From Kiritimatiellales bacterium (lineage in GTDB: Bacteria > Verrucomicrobiota > Kiritimatiellia > Kiritimatiellales > Tichowtungiaceae): DNA of 32,384 nucleotides. Positions 13,109 to 23,227 of the stretch are shown here, in pieces. The notes under the pieces were generated by a model that made no database searches, was not told the DNA's origin, and saw only the letters and a program-made list of their open reading frames with translations. The DNA is taken from assembly GCA_037144035.1 (NCBI GenBank), contig JBAWXO010000001.1:1-32384 (forward strand), in the 5' to 3' direction. The position numbers and the translations under genes are program-made. The stretch's first letter is position 1. Each line of letters starts with the position of its first letter.

Positions 13109-13831
13109 CTAATCCGCTTTCTGAGCTTCCAGAAGCTCAGCGATGCCCTTCTCGGCGAGATCCATCATCTGAGCCATCTGCTCTTTGGTGAAGGGTTCTT
13201 CCTCAGCGGTGCCCTGAACTTCGACAAACTTGCCGGAGGCGGTCATGACGACGTTCATATCCACTTCGGCGGCGGAGTCTTCGAAATAGCAGAGGTCGAG
13301 CAACGGCACGCCTTTGCAAATGCCAACGCTGATGGCGGCGATCGCTTCTTTGATCGGGTCTTCCTTGATCAGTTTTTCTGCAAGCAGACGGTCAACCGCC
13401 ATACGCAGTGCAACATAAGCGCCAGTGATGGAAGCGGTGCGCGTTCCGCCGTCGGCCTGAATCACGTCGCAGTCAATGTAGAGCTGGCGGCGGCCCAGCT
13501 TTTTGAGATCAATCACCGAACGGAGCGCGCGGCCGATCAGCCGCTGAATTTCCATCGTGCGTCCGCCAAGCTTGCCGGCGGTCGCTTCGCGCTTGGCGCG
13601 GTCGGGCGTGGCGCTCGGAAGCATCGAGTATTCAGAAGTCACCCAGCCGCCTTCAACATTCTGCTGGCGCATCCAGCCGGGCACGTTTTCGTCCACGCTC
13701 ACGGCGCAAATCACTTTGGTATTGCCCATTTCGACCAGCACCGATGCCTTAGCGTTGATGGTGAAGTCGCGGGTGAATTTCACCGGGCGCAATTGATCCG
13801 GTTTCCGTCCGTCGTATCGCAGTTCAGCCAC
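13109..13831 (-). CDS. rph: Ribonuclease PH
   Basis: [63 protein letters not shown]; GTG start behind GAGGAG. Confidence 0.96.
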   Translation of the reverse strand: MAELRYDGRKPDQLRPVKFTRDFTINAKASVLVEMGNTKVICAVSVDENVPGWMRQQNVEGGWVTSEYSMLPSATPDRAKREATAGKLGGRTMEIQRLIGRALRSVIDLKKLGRRQLYIDCDVIQADGGTRTASITGAYVALRMAVDRLLAEKLIKEDPIKEAIAAISVGICKGVPLLDLCYFEDSAAEVDMNVVMTASGKFVEVQGTAEEEPFTKEQMAQMMDLAEKGIAELLEAQKAD

Positions 13832-14057
13832 GTTGATAAACTCCTCGAGATTGATGCCGGTATTAATTTTGTTGAACGGTTTTTTGTCCATAAGTGGGCC
13901 GATTATGCGGAACCGTCTTACGATTGCAACGGGGAAAACATACAAACCGCGAATAGACGCTAATAAACGCGAATTATTTCCGAGGGTGGAGAGGCGCATC
14001 CTGCTTGATGAAATAACCTCTCTGGTCAACAGAGATCTTCTTTGGTAAGTTTGCGGC

Positions 14058-15218
14058 ATGAAAACAACTTTCCCTTGTGCCGCCGCTCTCTCCACCGTTC
14101 TCTCAGTCGGATGCATCAGCTCCGCCGCCACACTTGGGCCCAAAACATACCGGGTTTATTTCGGAACGTCGGTTGAACAGGAACAAGGCGGAATTTATAT
14201 GGCTCTGTTGGACATGCAGACCGGCCAGCTGGGCAAAGCCGTTCACGTTGGACATGCTCCGCGCGCCGGTTTTATTGCCATTCATCCGGACGGGAAATAC
14301 ATCTACTCCACCGGCGCGAACACAGAATTCGACGGCGTAAAAACGGGAGCCGTCAACGCGTTCCGGATCACGGAGCCTGATGGAATGCTAGCCAAAATAA
14401 ACGCCCGATCATCCGGCGGCCTTGGAGCCTGCCATGTGTCAATCGATCCGACAGGAAAGAACCTGCTGGTCGCCAATTATTTCGGCGGCAGCTGCTCGGT
14501 ACTGCCGATCCAGCCGGACGGATCGCTCGCTGCGGCATCCTTCACTCAAAAACACACTGGCTCCAGTATTCATCCCAAGCGGCAAACCGCGGCCTTCACC
14601 CACTCCATCAACTGCGATCCGGCCGGACGTTTTGCCATCGTAGCCGATCTGGGCATGGATAAAATCATGGTCTACCGTTTCGACGCGACTGCCGGCACGC
14701 TGACTCCAAATAATCCGCCGTTCATTGAAATCGAACCGGGCGGAGGCCCGCGCCACTTCACTTTCCATCCGTCCGGAAAATTCGCCTACGCAGATCTGGA
14801 ACTCAGCAATAAAGTAGTCGCCTTCCAGTACGACGCCGATAAAGGAGCACTCAAAGAAATCCAGACGATCTCCACCCTGCCCGCCGGATTTACCGGAGAA
14901 AGCACCACCTCTGAAATTCTGACCACGCCCGACGGACAGTTCCTCTATGTCGGCAACCGCGGCCACGACAGTCTAGCCATCTTTTCCATTGATCCCGGCA
15001 ACGGGACGCTCACCGCCATCGGCCACGAACCGACCCTCGGAAAAGTTCCGCGCAACTTCAATATTGATCCGACGGGAACGTATCTGCTCGCCGCCAATCT
15101 GAAGACCGGGAACGTTGTTGTGTTCCGGATCAACCGTGAAACCGGCCAGCTTGAATTCACCGGCAGTAAAATTGAAGTTCCCGAACCTATCTGCATCCGG
15201 TTCCTCGCCGCGCCCTGA
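14058..15218 (+). CDS. pgl: 6-phosphogluconolactonase-like 7-bladed beta-propeller lactonase, exported
   Basis: [48 protein letters not shown]; N-terminal signal peptide. Confidence 0.85.
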   Translation: MKTTFPCAAALSTVLSVGCISSAATLGPKTYRVYFGTSVEQEQGGIYMALLDMQTGQLGKAVHVGHAPRAGFIAIHPDGKYIYSTGANTEFDGVKTGAVNAFRITEPDGMLAKINARSSGGLGACHVSIDPTGKNLLVANYFGGSCSVLPIQPDGSLAAASFTQKHTGSSIHPKRQTAAFTHSINCDPAGRFAIVADLGMDKIMVYRFDATAGTLTPNNPPFIEIEPGGGPRHFTFHPSGKFAYADLELSNKVVAFQYDADKGALKEIQTISTLPAGFTGESTTSEILTTPDGQFLYVGNRGHDSLAIFSIDPGNGTLTAIGHEPTLGKVPRNFNIDPTGTYLLAANLKTGNVVVFRINRETGQLEFTGSKIEVPEPICIRFLAAP

Positions 15219-15272
15219 TTTTTCAATCTGGAAATTAGAGCATTTAACAGAAGAGCTGCCGTTATTGGGAAG

Positions 15273-15368
15273 CCCACCCCGCCGTCCCGGCACCCCTCCG
15301 AAGGAGGGGATCATACAGCCGCTTTTCATTCCCCTCCACGGGAGGGGCGGCTGAACGCCGGGGCGGGT
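15273..15368. repeat. Composite inverted-repeat element with two CCCCTCC-N3-GGAGGGG hairpins
   Basis: cccaccccg...ggcacccctccgaaggagggga...ttcccctccacgggagggg...cggggcgggt; a related copy is at 28105-28199. Confidence 0.7.
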
Positions 15369-15409
15369 TCTGCGGCACCACGATCATTAATCGCTCTAAA
15401 AGCCTGTGT

Positions 15410-16240
15410 TCAAATCAGCTTCGTACCGTTGCCTTCAAAGGTGATGAGGCGTTTTTTGTAGAGCGCGCCAATGGCTTGTTTGTAGGTTTTTTTGCTGACA
15501 CCGAACAGGCGGTAGATTTCTTCCGGCGGGCTTTTGTCGGTGACGGGCATAAAGCCGCCTTGCGCTTTGATGTGATTCAAGATGACGTCGGTGAGATCGG
15601 TGACCTTTTCGAAACCGGGCTTATGGAGGCACAGGTCAATCTTACCGTCGGGCCGAACCTGCTTGATAAAGCCGTCAATTTTCTGGCCGCGATCCAAGGG
15701 TTGGAAAACATCATTGTAGAAAAGAATACCCCAGTGCCGTCCGTTGACAATGGCCTTGAATCCCAGATCGGTTCTATCGCAGATGAGCAGTTGAACCGGT
15801 TGGCCGGTTTTATAGGTCGGCGGCGTGCGGTCGAGAAATTTGTCGAGCTTGGACGAGGCGGCAATACGTCCGCTGGCTTCGTCGAGATAGATACGCACAA
15901 CGTACGATTGCCGATCAATCATCTCCACCTTCTGTTCCCGGAACGGCACGAACAGATCTTTCGGCAGTCCCCAGTCAAGGAATGCGCCGATCCGTGTGAT
16001 AGAAGCCACGCGTAGACAGGCAAACTCTCCAACCTGCGCAATCGGTTTAAGCGTGGTAGCGGTCAGGCGGTCTTCGGAATCGATCATCAGGAAAACCTCG
16101 ACGACATCGCCTGGGCTCCATTCCTTGGACACATAGCGTTTGGGCATCAGGATTTCGCCCAGCGTCCCGCCGGCGAACATCAGACCGCAGTCCGTTGATC
16201 GCAGCACCTGCAACCGGTTTGTTTTTCCTATTTCAGCCAT
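15410..16240 (-). CDS. CvfB/YitL-family S1-domain RNA-binding protein
   Basis: DSEDRLTAT, GAFLDWGLPKDLFVPFREQ, RPDGKIDL, C-terminal winged helix DKSPPEEIYRLFGVSKKTYKQAIGALYK. Confidence 0.9.
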   Translation of the reverse strand: MAEIGKTNRLQVLRSTDCGLMFAGGTLGEILMPKRYVSKEWSPGDVVEVFLMIDSEDRLTATTLKPIAQVGEFACLRVASITRIGAFLDWGLPKDLFVPFREQKVEMIDRQSYVVRIYLDEASGRIAASSKLDKFLDRTPPTYKTGQPVQLLICDRTDLGFKAIVNGRHWGILFYNDVFQPLDRGQKIDGFIKQVRPDGKIDLCLHKPGFEKVTDLTDVILNHIKAQGGFMPVTDKSPPEEIYRLFGVSKKTYKQAIGALYKKRLITFEGNGTKLI

Positions 16241-16252
16241 AGAGTTTAAACC

Positions 16253-18178
16253 TCAGGTTTCAAGGCGATCGGCCTCTGCGAGCCACTTCGCTTCGAGAAC
16301 ATTCAGCTTCTTCGTGACGGCAGAGAGCTGCGTGTTGAGCGCGGCGTAGTCGATTGTCGCATCGCCGCTGGAAAGCTGATCGCAGATCACGCGCTGTTCG
16401 GCGTGCAGTTTCTCCATGTCCGCTTCCATTTTGCGCAGCACCTTCTGCGCTTCGCGATCAAGCGCGCGCTGCGCGCGCGCGGCCTTAGGCGTTAGACTTT
16501 GGACGTTAGGGTTGAAAGGTTGGGGTTTAGGGTTAGAAGGTTGAGGGTTTTTAACCTCAGACTTCAAACTGCCAGCTCCGGACTTTTCCAAATAGTAGTC
16601 ATAGCCGCCGGGATAGCTGACCACTCCGTTGGAGCCGATGGAAATAATATGGTCGGCCGCGCCGCGCACGAAGGCGACGTCGTGGCTGACGAAGCAGACG
16701 GTGCCTTTATAATCACGGATCGCTTTTTCGAGCGCTTCGCGTCCGTGGATGTCGAGGTTGGTGGTCGGCTCGTCGAGCAGCAGAAAGTTTGGCGGGTTGA
16801 TGAAGATGCGGGCGAAGGCGAGACGGATTTTTTCGCCGCCGCTGAGCACGCTGGAAGGTTTATTGACGGCGTCGCCGCTGAAGCCGAACGAGCCGAGCAG
16901 TCCGCGCACATCGCGCTCCGGCCCTGAGGATTTGGCGTTGCGAACGATAGTCAGTAGCGACTGGTCGGGCGGCATGGTTTCGGCGAAATCCTGCGACTGA
17001 TAGCCGAGGACGACTTTATGCCCTGTCTGCCGCGTTCCCGTCTGCGACGTAAGCGCGCCGGCCAACAGGCGTAGGAGCGTGGTTTTACCCATGCCGTTAT
17101 AGCCGACCAGCGCGATTTTCTGTCCGTGGCCGATTTCGAGATTCACGTCGCGCAGAATCCAGCGCTGTCCGTCATAGGAAAAGCTAAGGTCTTTGACCGA
17201 CATGATGTGCGCGCCGCAGTGCGGCGGCGGCGGAATCCGGAGTTTGGAAAGATTAGGCGGCGCAACCGGCGCGCGTACCACGTCGATTTTTTCGAGCATC
17301 TTGATGCGGCTCTGCACCTGCGCGGCTTTGGTAGCCTGCGCGCGGAAGCGGCTGATGAAACTTTCGAGATGCTCTTTCTGCTCCACATAGTTGCGGTAAG
17401 CGGCGGCCTGCTGCATGTGGCGCTGTTCGCGCTCTTTGATGTAATAGGTGTAGCCGCCGGAATATTTGGTGACGGTACCGCCGCAAATTTCGAGCGTGCG
17501 GTCGGTGAGCGTTTCGAGCAGATAGCGGTCGTGGGAAATCAGCAGCATGGTTCCGTCGAAACTGCGCAGGAAGCGTTGTAGCCATTCGACGGCGGGCAGG
17601 TCAAGATAGTTGGACGGTTCGTCGAGAAGAAGAATATCGGGCCGCGCAATCAGCGTGCGCACCATCTCAGCGCGCATCTGCCAGCCGCCACTGAATGAGC
17701 GGAACGGATTGCCGAATTCGCTTTCTTTGAAGCCGAGTCCGCTCAGCGCGGCTTCGGCGCGCGATTTAAGGTCGTAGCCGCCGAGATGCTCGAATTCGTG
17801 CTGCAGGTCGCCGAGCCGGTGGAGCATCCGCTCCTGCTCCGCGCCAGTGACGGTCAGCAGGTCGCGTTCGATCTGATGGATTTCCTCCACCATGGTTTTG
17901 AGTTCCGGAATGGCGTTACAGGCGTAGTCGAGCAGCGAGCCATCCTGAGCATGAGCGTGAAGCTGCTGGTGCAAATGGCCGAGGCGCACATTTTTCGGCA
18001 GGGAAATTTCGCCGCCGTCCGCCGATATCTCGCCGGTGATCAGGCTAAAGATCGTACTTTTGCCCGCGCCGTTCGGGCCGACCACGCCGACGTGCTCGCC
18101 GGCGTTGATGCGGAACGAGACATTCGCCAGCACTTCCTGCGCGCCAAACCGTTTGTTGACCTGGATAAAATCTATCAT
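16253..18178 (-). CDS. ABC-F family ATPase (YheS/Uup-like)
   Basis: Two NBDs (GPNGAGKST, FSGGW, LLLDEPSN; GYNGMGKTT, LSGGE, LLLDEPT), no TM segments, C-terminal coiled coil. Confidence 0.93.
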   Translation of the reverse strand: MIDFIQVNKRFGAQEVLANVSFRINAGEHVGVVGPNGAGKSTIFSLITGEISADGGEISLPKNVRLGHLHQQLHAHAQDGSLLDYACNAIPELKTMVEEIHQIERDLLTVTGAEQERMLHRLGDLQHEFEHLGGYDLKSRAEAALSGLGFKESEFGNPFRSFSGGWQMRAEMVRTLIARPDILLLDEPSNYLDLPAVEWLQRFLRSFDGTMLLISHDRYLLETLTDRTLEICGGTVTKYSGGYTYYIKEREQRHMQQAAAYRNYVEQKEHLESFISRFRAQATKAAQVQSRIKMLEKIDVVRAPVAPPNLSKLRIPPPPHCGAHIMSVKDLSFSYDGQRWILRDVNLEIGHGQKIALVGYNGMGKTTLLRLLAGALTSQTGTRQTGHKVVLGYQSQDFAETMPPDQSLLTIVRNAKSSGPERDVRGLLGSFGFSGDAVNKPSSVLSGGEKIRLAFARIFINPPNFLLLDEPTTNLDIHGREALEKAIRDYKGTVCFVSHDVAFVRGAADHIISIGSNGVVSYPGGYDYYLEKSGAGSLKSEVKNPQPSNPKPQPFNPNVQSLTPKAARAQRALDREAQKVLRKMEADMEKLHAEQRVICDQLSSGDATIDYAALNTQLSAVTKKLNVLEAKWLAEADRLET

Positions 18179-18259
18179 GAAGCCGGAGAATGTACCGGTT
18201 CCCCCCATGTTTGGAAACCCAAACCGCTAATGGACGCAAATGAACGCGAATATTACAGA

Positions 18260-18315
18260 TGGAGGGCGGCGCTCCGTCGCCGCCGGAAACGGTTTCGACG
18301 GAGCGAAACCCTCCA
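18260..18315. repeat. GGAG-type REP doublet
   Basis: TGGAG-GGCGGCG-ctccgt-CGCCGCC ... GGTTTCG-acggag-CGAAACC-CTCCA (inverted pair). Confidence 0.7.
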
Positions 18316-18372
18316 AGGGTTGGAAACCGCGGCCACCGGCCGCGTTTGAAGTACGGCTTGGGGATCGATCAC

Positions 18373-18590
18373 ATCACGCTGCACAAACTTACCTGCATCA
18401 TCAGCGCCTTTTATTTTGGTATGTAGTCCCGGCTTCAGCCGGAACCGTTGGAGCCACCTGAAGGCAGGAGTGGAACCTGACCGAATCACGTTGCACAAAC
18501 TTACCTGCATAATCAGTGCCCTTTATTTTGGTATGTAGTACCGGCTTTAGCCGGAACCGTTAGAGCCGCCTGAAGGCGGGACTACATACC
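18373..18590. repeat. Tandem duplication (period 112 bp) carrying a GTAG-type REP doublet
   Basis: 18373-18471 and 18485-18583 are about 90% identical; the second copy holds GGTATGTAGTaCCGGCTTTAGCCGG...CCGCCTGAAGGCGGGACTACATACC. Confidence 0.85.
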
Positions 18591-18731
18591 CGCTCCGCCG
18601 GACACAACTTCGCCCCTAAGGTGAAACCTCGTTTTGGAAACCGGCATTGCCGGTTTATTCAACTCTTGCCGCTCTCAAACCGCCGCGTTACATTCAAGCC
18701 GTCGTTAATAAAACCTTTTGGCCGGTGAATT

Positions 18732-19133
18732 ATGAAACTGAAACGCATCCATCATGCCGCGATTATCTGCTCGGACTATTCACTGTCCAAACGCTTCTAC
18801 ACGGCGGTTCTTGGATTGATCGTGGTCGGGGAACACTACCGGGCAGTCAGGGATTCATACAAGCTGGACTTGGCTTTACCGGATGGTTCCAAGCTGGAGC
18901 TGTTCTCGTTTCCGAATCCTCCCAAGAGGCCGTCCTATCCGGAGGCCAGCGGTCTGCGGCACCTAGCGTTTGAGGTGGATAATGTCGACGCGTGGAAGAC
19001 GAAGCTGGAATCTCTGGGCGTTGCCGTGGAGGCGGTCCGGCTCGACGAGGTTACGAAGCGAAAGTTTGTTTTCTTCGCGGATCCTGACGGCCTGCCGCTG
19101 GAGTTGTACGAATCAAGCTCGGCGGAACGTTAA
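18732..19133 (+). CDS. VOC/glyoxalase family protein (YaeR-like)
   Basis: IHHAAIICSDY..SKRFY...SYKLDL...ELFSFP.PP.RPSYPEA.GLRHLAF...FFADPDGLPLELYE. Confidence 0.9.
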   Translation: MKLKRIHHAAIICSDYSLSKRFYTAVLGLIVVGEHYRAVRDSYKLDLALPDGSKLELFSFPNPPKRPSYPEASGLRHLAFEVDNVDAWKTKLESLGVAVEAVRLDEVTKRKFVFFADPDGLPLELYESSSAER

Positions 19134-19732
19134 AAAAATCCTTTGACCGCTTCGCGGATGGCGGCATGGTTCGCCGGAATGAACTGATGGGCTTGGATAC
19201 CGGCGGCTCGGGCGGCCTCAACATTCTTGGTTAAATCATCCAGAAAAAGACACTGCTCCCCTTTGACGCCGAGATCGTCTAGCCTGTGGCGGTAGATTTC
19301 AGCGTTCGGCTTGCGGGCGCCGACCTGATAAGAAAGAAACAAGCCGGTCGCGCCGTCGAAGAAGTCGGGCCAGTTGCGTTCAATGGCTTCGATGTGGTGT
19401 TCGGCGATGTTGCTGAGCGTATAGACCGGTAAGCCGCGCGCAATCGCTTCGCGGAACATTCCGTAGCCGGTCTGGTTGACGGTGAACATTTTCTGCCAGA
19501 CGCCGATCAGATCGTCCACGCTCCACGAAAGGCCTTTGGCTTCGTTGAGGTAGTCGGCAAACGCCTGATCGCTGATGACGCCCTCTTCCACCGCGTGGTG
19601 CATTTCAAGGTCGCGCTCCGTCGGCGGCTTGGCCGGCGTTCCGGAGTCATCGGCGATCTGTTGAAGCAGCACCTGAAAGTCAAAATCCACCAGCACGTTG
19701 CCTATATCGAAAATGAAGCGCTTTTTCTGCAT
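19130..19732 (-). CDS. HAD-superfamily phosphatase (YihX-like)
   Basis: FIFDIGNVLVD motif I, LSN motif II, RKP motif III, FLDD..NVEAAR motif IV. Confidence 0.88.
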   Translation of the reverse strand: MQKKRFIFDIGNVLVDFDFQVLLQQIADDSGTPAKPPTERDLEMHHAVEEGVISDQAFADYLNEAKGLSWSVDDLIGVWQKMFTVNQTGYGMFREAIARGLPVYTLSNIAEHHIEAIERNWPDFFDGATGLFLSYQVGARKPNAEIYRHRLDDLGVKGEQCLFLDDLTKNVEAARAAGIQAHQFIPANHAAIREAVKGFF

Positions 19733-19952
19733 AAGCCGATCATTGTTTCAGAAGGATTGTCCGTCTGCAACGCCGTAACACTGCGGACATAAAAGCAGGA
19801 CGAGTTTGCCACTCCCTGCAGTCGCTGCCCGGCCTTACGGCGGTGCCTCTCTCGCTACGCTCGGGTCCAATGTTTCATGAAATGAGCAATAACAATTTTA
19901 AAACATCGAAAATTCAGGCAGAATGCCGGGAAAGTCATCAGGAAAAGATTCC

Positions 19953-20840
19953 ATGCCGTTACTTTTACTTGTTTCTCTCATCTGGGCCTTTTCATTCGGC
20001 CTGATAAAAGGCGAACTGACCGGCCTGCCTTCCGCCGCAGTCGCTTTTATCCGGCTGGGTGTCGCGCTGGCGGTCTTCGCGCCGTTTCTGCGGTTAAGTA
20101 TCCTGCGCCCGGCAGACGCCGCCCGCCTGCTTATCATCGGCGCGGTGCAGTACGGCCTGATGTATGTCGCCTACATCCATGCCTTCGGTTGTCTCAAGGC
20201 CTATGAAGTGGCGCTTTTCACTGTCTTCACGCCCATCTATGTGACCCTCATTAACGATCTGTTCGAGCGGCGGATCTGCTTTATTGCACTGACCGCCGCC
20301 GCGCTGGCCGCCGTCGGGGGGGGTGTTATTGAATACCGGCAGATCGGATCGCCGGAACTGTGGCACGGATTTCTGCTGATGCAGGGCGCCAATCTCTGCT
20401 TCGCCTTCGGACAAATTTTCTATCGTCGCACGATGGCCCGCATGCCGGGAGCCCACACCAACCTGCAGGTGTTCGGGTTACTCTATCTCGGCGCTGCGCT
20501 CACCGCCGCACTGGCTGCCGCCGGAACCCCGTGGGCGGTGCTGGTCATCACCGCAAAACAAGCGATCATTCTCCTTTATTTAGGCGTCATTGCCTCCGGT
20601 CTCGGTTTTTTCCTTTGGAATATGGGGGCACGACGGGTCAACTCCGGCACGCTGGCGGTGTTCAATAATCTAAAAATCCCGCTGGGAATCCTCGTTTCGG
20701 TGTTTTTCTTCCGCGAACGCGCTGACTGGCCGCGTCTACTGGGCGGCGGCGCGCTGATGGCGCTGGCGCTGGCGTTCAATGCACTCAGAAAACGAATTAT
20801 TCCGCCTGCGGATTGTAAAATAAACAGGCCTCCCGTTTGA
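19953..20840 (+). CDS. EamA/DMT family transporter (YigM/MadN-like)
   Basis: LIWAFSF...RL..A..VF.PFLR, FTVFTPIYV, YLGVIASGLGFFLWN.GA; about 10 hydrophobic segments. Confidence 0.85.
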   Translation: MPLLLLVSLIWAFSFGLIKGELTGLPSAAVAFIRLGVALAVFAPFLRLSILRPADAARLLIIGAVQYGLMYVAYIHAFGCLKAYEVALFTVFTPIYVTLINDLFERRICFIALTAAALAAVGGGVIEYRQIGSPELWHGFLLMQGANLCFAFGQIFYRRTMARMPGAHTNLQVFGLLYLGAALTAALAAAGTPWAVLVITAKQAIILLYLGVIASGLGFFLWNMGARRVNSGTLAVFNNLKIPLGILVSVFFFRERADWPRLLGGGALMALALAFNALRKRIIPPADCKINRPPV

Positions 20841-20866
20841 CTTAAAAACGGTTCCTGCTGTATAAA
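20837..20866 (+). promoter_or_regulatory. Putative sigma70 promoter of the PEGA protein gene
   Basis: TTGACT-N18-TATAAA, followed by an AAGGAG RBS. Confidence 0.4.
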
Positions 20867-20900
20867 TCAGCGTGTTTGTAATCTATTCAAGGAGTCTTCA

Positions 20901-22136
20901 ATGATTAAGAAATCCATCAACCTGTTTTTCGCACTGAGTCTCATCCTCGCCATCTGCAGTTGCGCCCCGACCACCATCAATACCATTCCGTCGAGCGCGG
21001 TGGTGTACGGCGCTGATGGTCAGACTCGGGTGGGTACTACACCTTTCGACACCAGCATCTTCGTCAGCGAGAAGAGCTTTACCCTCCGCAAAGACCGTTA
21101 CTATGACGCACCGGTTAAAGTCGACTATGACTCGGCACGTACGATTGATCTGAAACTCCGACCGACCCCTGTACTGGTCGACAGCAAACCCAACGCGGCC
21201 ATCTATCCGACCGGTTTAGAAATCTCAATCGGAAATACCCCGATGAAGGTGCAGGTTGGCGACAAGGCACTTACCTATACGTTGAAAGCTGCCGACTACT
21301 ATGATCAGGACATTTCAGTTGGAACCGAAAGCCCCGACCCGCTCGTCGTTGTGCTGGCCCGCCGCCCGATCGTCACCATCTCCGCCTCTCCGGAGGGAGT
21401 TGGAATTTACGAAAACGACCAGTTAATCGGTATCTCACCCGTCCGGGAAGAAATCCTGACCCCCCGCACCTTCGAACTGCGCAAAGAAAACTATTTCACC
21501 CAGAGAGGCACGATCACCGGTGCACCGCCCTACGAAGTCCGCACCGTTCTCAGACCGTTCCCGGTCATCACCGTCTCGGCCACACCGGCCGGCGCACAGA
21601 TCTCCCGCGCAGACAGTCTGGTCGGCAAAGATTCAGTCAAACTCCCCGTCGGCGAAAAAATCGTACTGGATGTAAGCGCTGACCGTTATTATAAAGAAAG
21701 CGTCACTCTGACGCCCGAATCGCCCGCTCAGATCTACGTTGCGCTCAAGGCTATGCCGTACGTGATGATCAACAGTCAACCTGCTGGCGCAAAAGTTGTC
21801 ATCAATGGAGCTGCTGTCGGCACGACTCCAGTTGAACAGCTGATTGAAAAGGACACCGTCATTGAACTAAGCAAGGAAGGTTTTATAACCAAGGCAGCCA
21901 CCCTCACCGGTGCTGATAAACAGGTCACCGTAACTCTCGAAGAGGTTCCGGCAGCAACCAACGAAGTGTCTGCCGTCATCCTGGCTAAAGAAAAGAAAGC
22001 GACTGTCGCAAAAACATCGCCCCTCTTGTGGATAGGTGGTGTGGCCGTAATTGCCAGCATCCTGCTAGTTCTTTTCCTGATCAAACGCAAAAAGCAGTCT
22101 ACCGATTCTGCTCCTGATCAAACGCAACAGCAGTAA
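20901..22136 (+). CDS. Tandem PEGA-domain lipoprotein with C-terminal membrane anchor
   Basis: Lipobox ICSC; five repeats of the type I.S.P.GA.V....VG.TP; C-terminal hydrophobic helix followed by KRKK. Confidence 0.8.
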   Translation: MIKKSINLFFALSLILAICSCAPTTINTIPSSAVVYGADGQTRVGTTPFDTSIFVSEKSFTLRKDRYYDAPVKVDYDSARTIDLKLRPTPVLVDSKPNAAIYPTGLEISIGNTPMKVQVGDKALTYTLKAADYYDQDISVGTESPDPLVVVLARRPIVTISASPEGVGIYENDQLIGISPVREEILTPRTFELRKENYFTQRGTITGAPPYEVRTVLRPFPVITVSATPAGAQISRADSLVGKDSVKLPVGEKIVLDVSADRYYKESVTLTPESPAQIYVALKAMPYVMINSQPAGAKVVINGAAVGTTPVEQLIEKDTVIELSKEGFITKAATLTGADKQVTVTLEEVPAATNEVSAVILAKEKKATVAKTSPLLWIGGVAVIASILLVLFLIKRKKQSTDSAPDQTQQQ

Positions 22137-22150
22137 GTCCCTGCTGATGC

Positions 22151-22180
22151 AAAAAAGGCCCGCAACTGCGGGTCTTTTTT
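22151..22180. terminator. Bidirectional rho-independent terminator
   Basis: aaaaaaGGCCCGC-aact-GCGGGTCtttttt between convergent genes. Confidence 0.8.
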
Positions 22181-22206
22181 GTGCCTGCTGCCAACCCTTG
22201 GAAACG

Positions 22207-23157
22207 TTAAGGAACCGTGATGCACAGCGACGTCAGTGCAGTGCCTTCCGGACGAAGGGTGTAGCTGCCGAGCGCAGCGGGCACCAGCCACGACTGACCG
22301 AGCATCATTTTTTCTTCGCCGCCAACCCAGGAGATCGCACCTGATCCCTCGGCGACGAACAGCGCATGGAAGGAGGTTCCAACCATTGGAAAATTCCGTT
22401 CCGCGTTCAACGCAAACCGTTCGAGCCGGAAATATTCACAGTTTTGAATTTCTGTTCCGTTGATCTTGCAACGTGGATCGCCGTTATTTTCCCAGTCAAT
22501 CACCTGTAGTGCTTTATCAATATGAAGCTCGCGCCTTTTGCCGATGGAATCCACGCGATCCCAGTCGTAGATGCGGTAGGTGGTATTGGAATTCTGCTGA
22601 ATCTCCAGAATCAAGCAGCCCGCACCGATGGCGTGAACGCGCCCGCCCGGCACAAAAACAGCCTCGTCCTTTTTCGCCGGGATGGACTGCAGGATGTCGG
22701 CGAAGGTTTTATTTTCCATCGCCTTCAGGAATTCCGCTTTGCCGATGCCAGGCTTAAGTCCGCAATAGATTTTTGCTGTGCCGTCGCCGTCGAGAAAATA
22801 CCACATTTCAGTTTTCGGATCGCCGTTGACGGCGGCGGCGTTAGCATCATTCGGGTGGACTTGCACGCTGAGCGTGTCCCGTGCGTCGATCAGTTTAATA
22901 AGCAACGGGAAATCGCCGCCCTTGACGTTTGTGCCCAGCAGCGCGGTTTTATGCTCCGGTAGAAGTTCGCGCAGGGTTTTTCCGGCCAGCGGGCCGTTGG
23001 CGATGGCGGTTGTCCCGTCCGGATGGGTTGAAATTTCCCATGACTCGGCATAAACACCAACCGGTCCGTTGCGGTTATACAGCTTCTGGATACGGTTACC
23101 GCCCCAGATGTAATCCTTATAAACCGGACGGAAACGGAGCGGGTACAGCTTTTCCAT
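22207..23157 (-). CDS. manA: Mannose-6-phosphate isomerase, class I
   Basis: YIWGG, AESWEIS, FPLLIKLIDA..LSVQVHP, KTEMWY, VHAIG, EIQQNSNTTYRIYDWDR, RELHI. Confidence 0.93.
   Translation of the reverse strand: MEKLYPLRFRPVYKDYIWGGNRIQKLYNRNGPVGVYAESWEISTHPDGTTAIANGPLAGKTLRELLPEHKTALLGTNVKGGDFPLLIKLIDARDTLSVQVHPNDANAAAVNGDPKTEMWYFLDGDGTAKIYCGLKPGIGKAEFLKAMENKTFADILQSIPAKKDEAVFVPGGRVHAIGAGCLILEIQQNSNTTYRIYDWDRVDSIGKRRELHIDKALQVIDWENNGDPRCKINGTEIQNCEYFRLERFALNAERNFPMVGTSFHALFVAEGSGAISWVGGEEKMMLGQSWLVPAALGSYTLRPEGTALTSLCITVP
22377..22391. repeat. Iterated palindrome TTCCAA-N3-TTGGAA, perfect copy inside manA
   Basis: ttccaa cca ttggaa (peptide FPMVGT). Confidence 0.85.
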
Positions 23158-23227
23158 GATCAAGTTCCTGTTTTTTACACAATTTGACTGGCATCAAAAG
23201 GCCGGTTGATTAGAGTGCAGGCTAAGC

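Noticed and set aside
13832-14143. N-terminal extension of rph in the ORF track (344 aa)
   Set aside because: It overlaps the divergent lactonase gene; a GTG with a GAGGAG RBS at 13831 gives the normal 240-aa protein.
18373-18590. Possible mini CRISPR array
   Set aside because: Only two long units of about 100 bp with no unique spacers of CRISPR size and no cas genes; the internal structure is a REP doublet.
19871-19883. tgtttcatgaaat resembling parS (TGTTTCACGTGAAACA)
   Set aside because: It lacks the central CG and the right end, so the half-site spacing is wrong for ParB binding.
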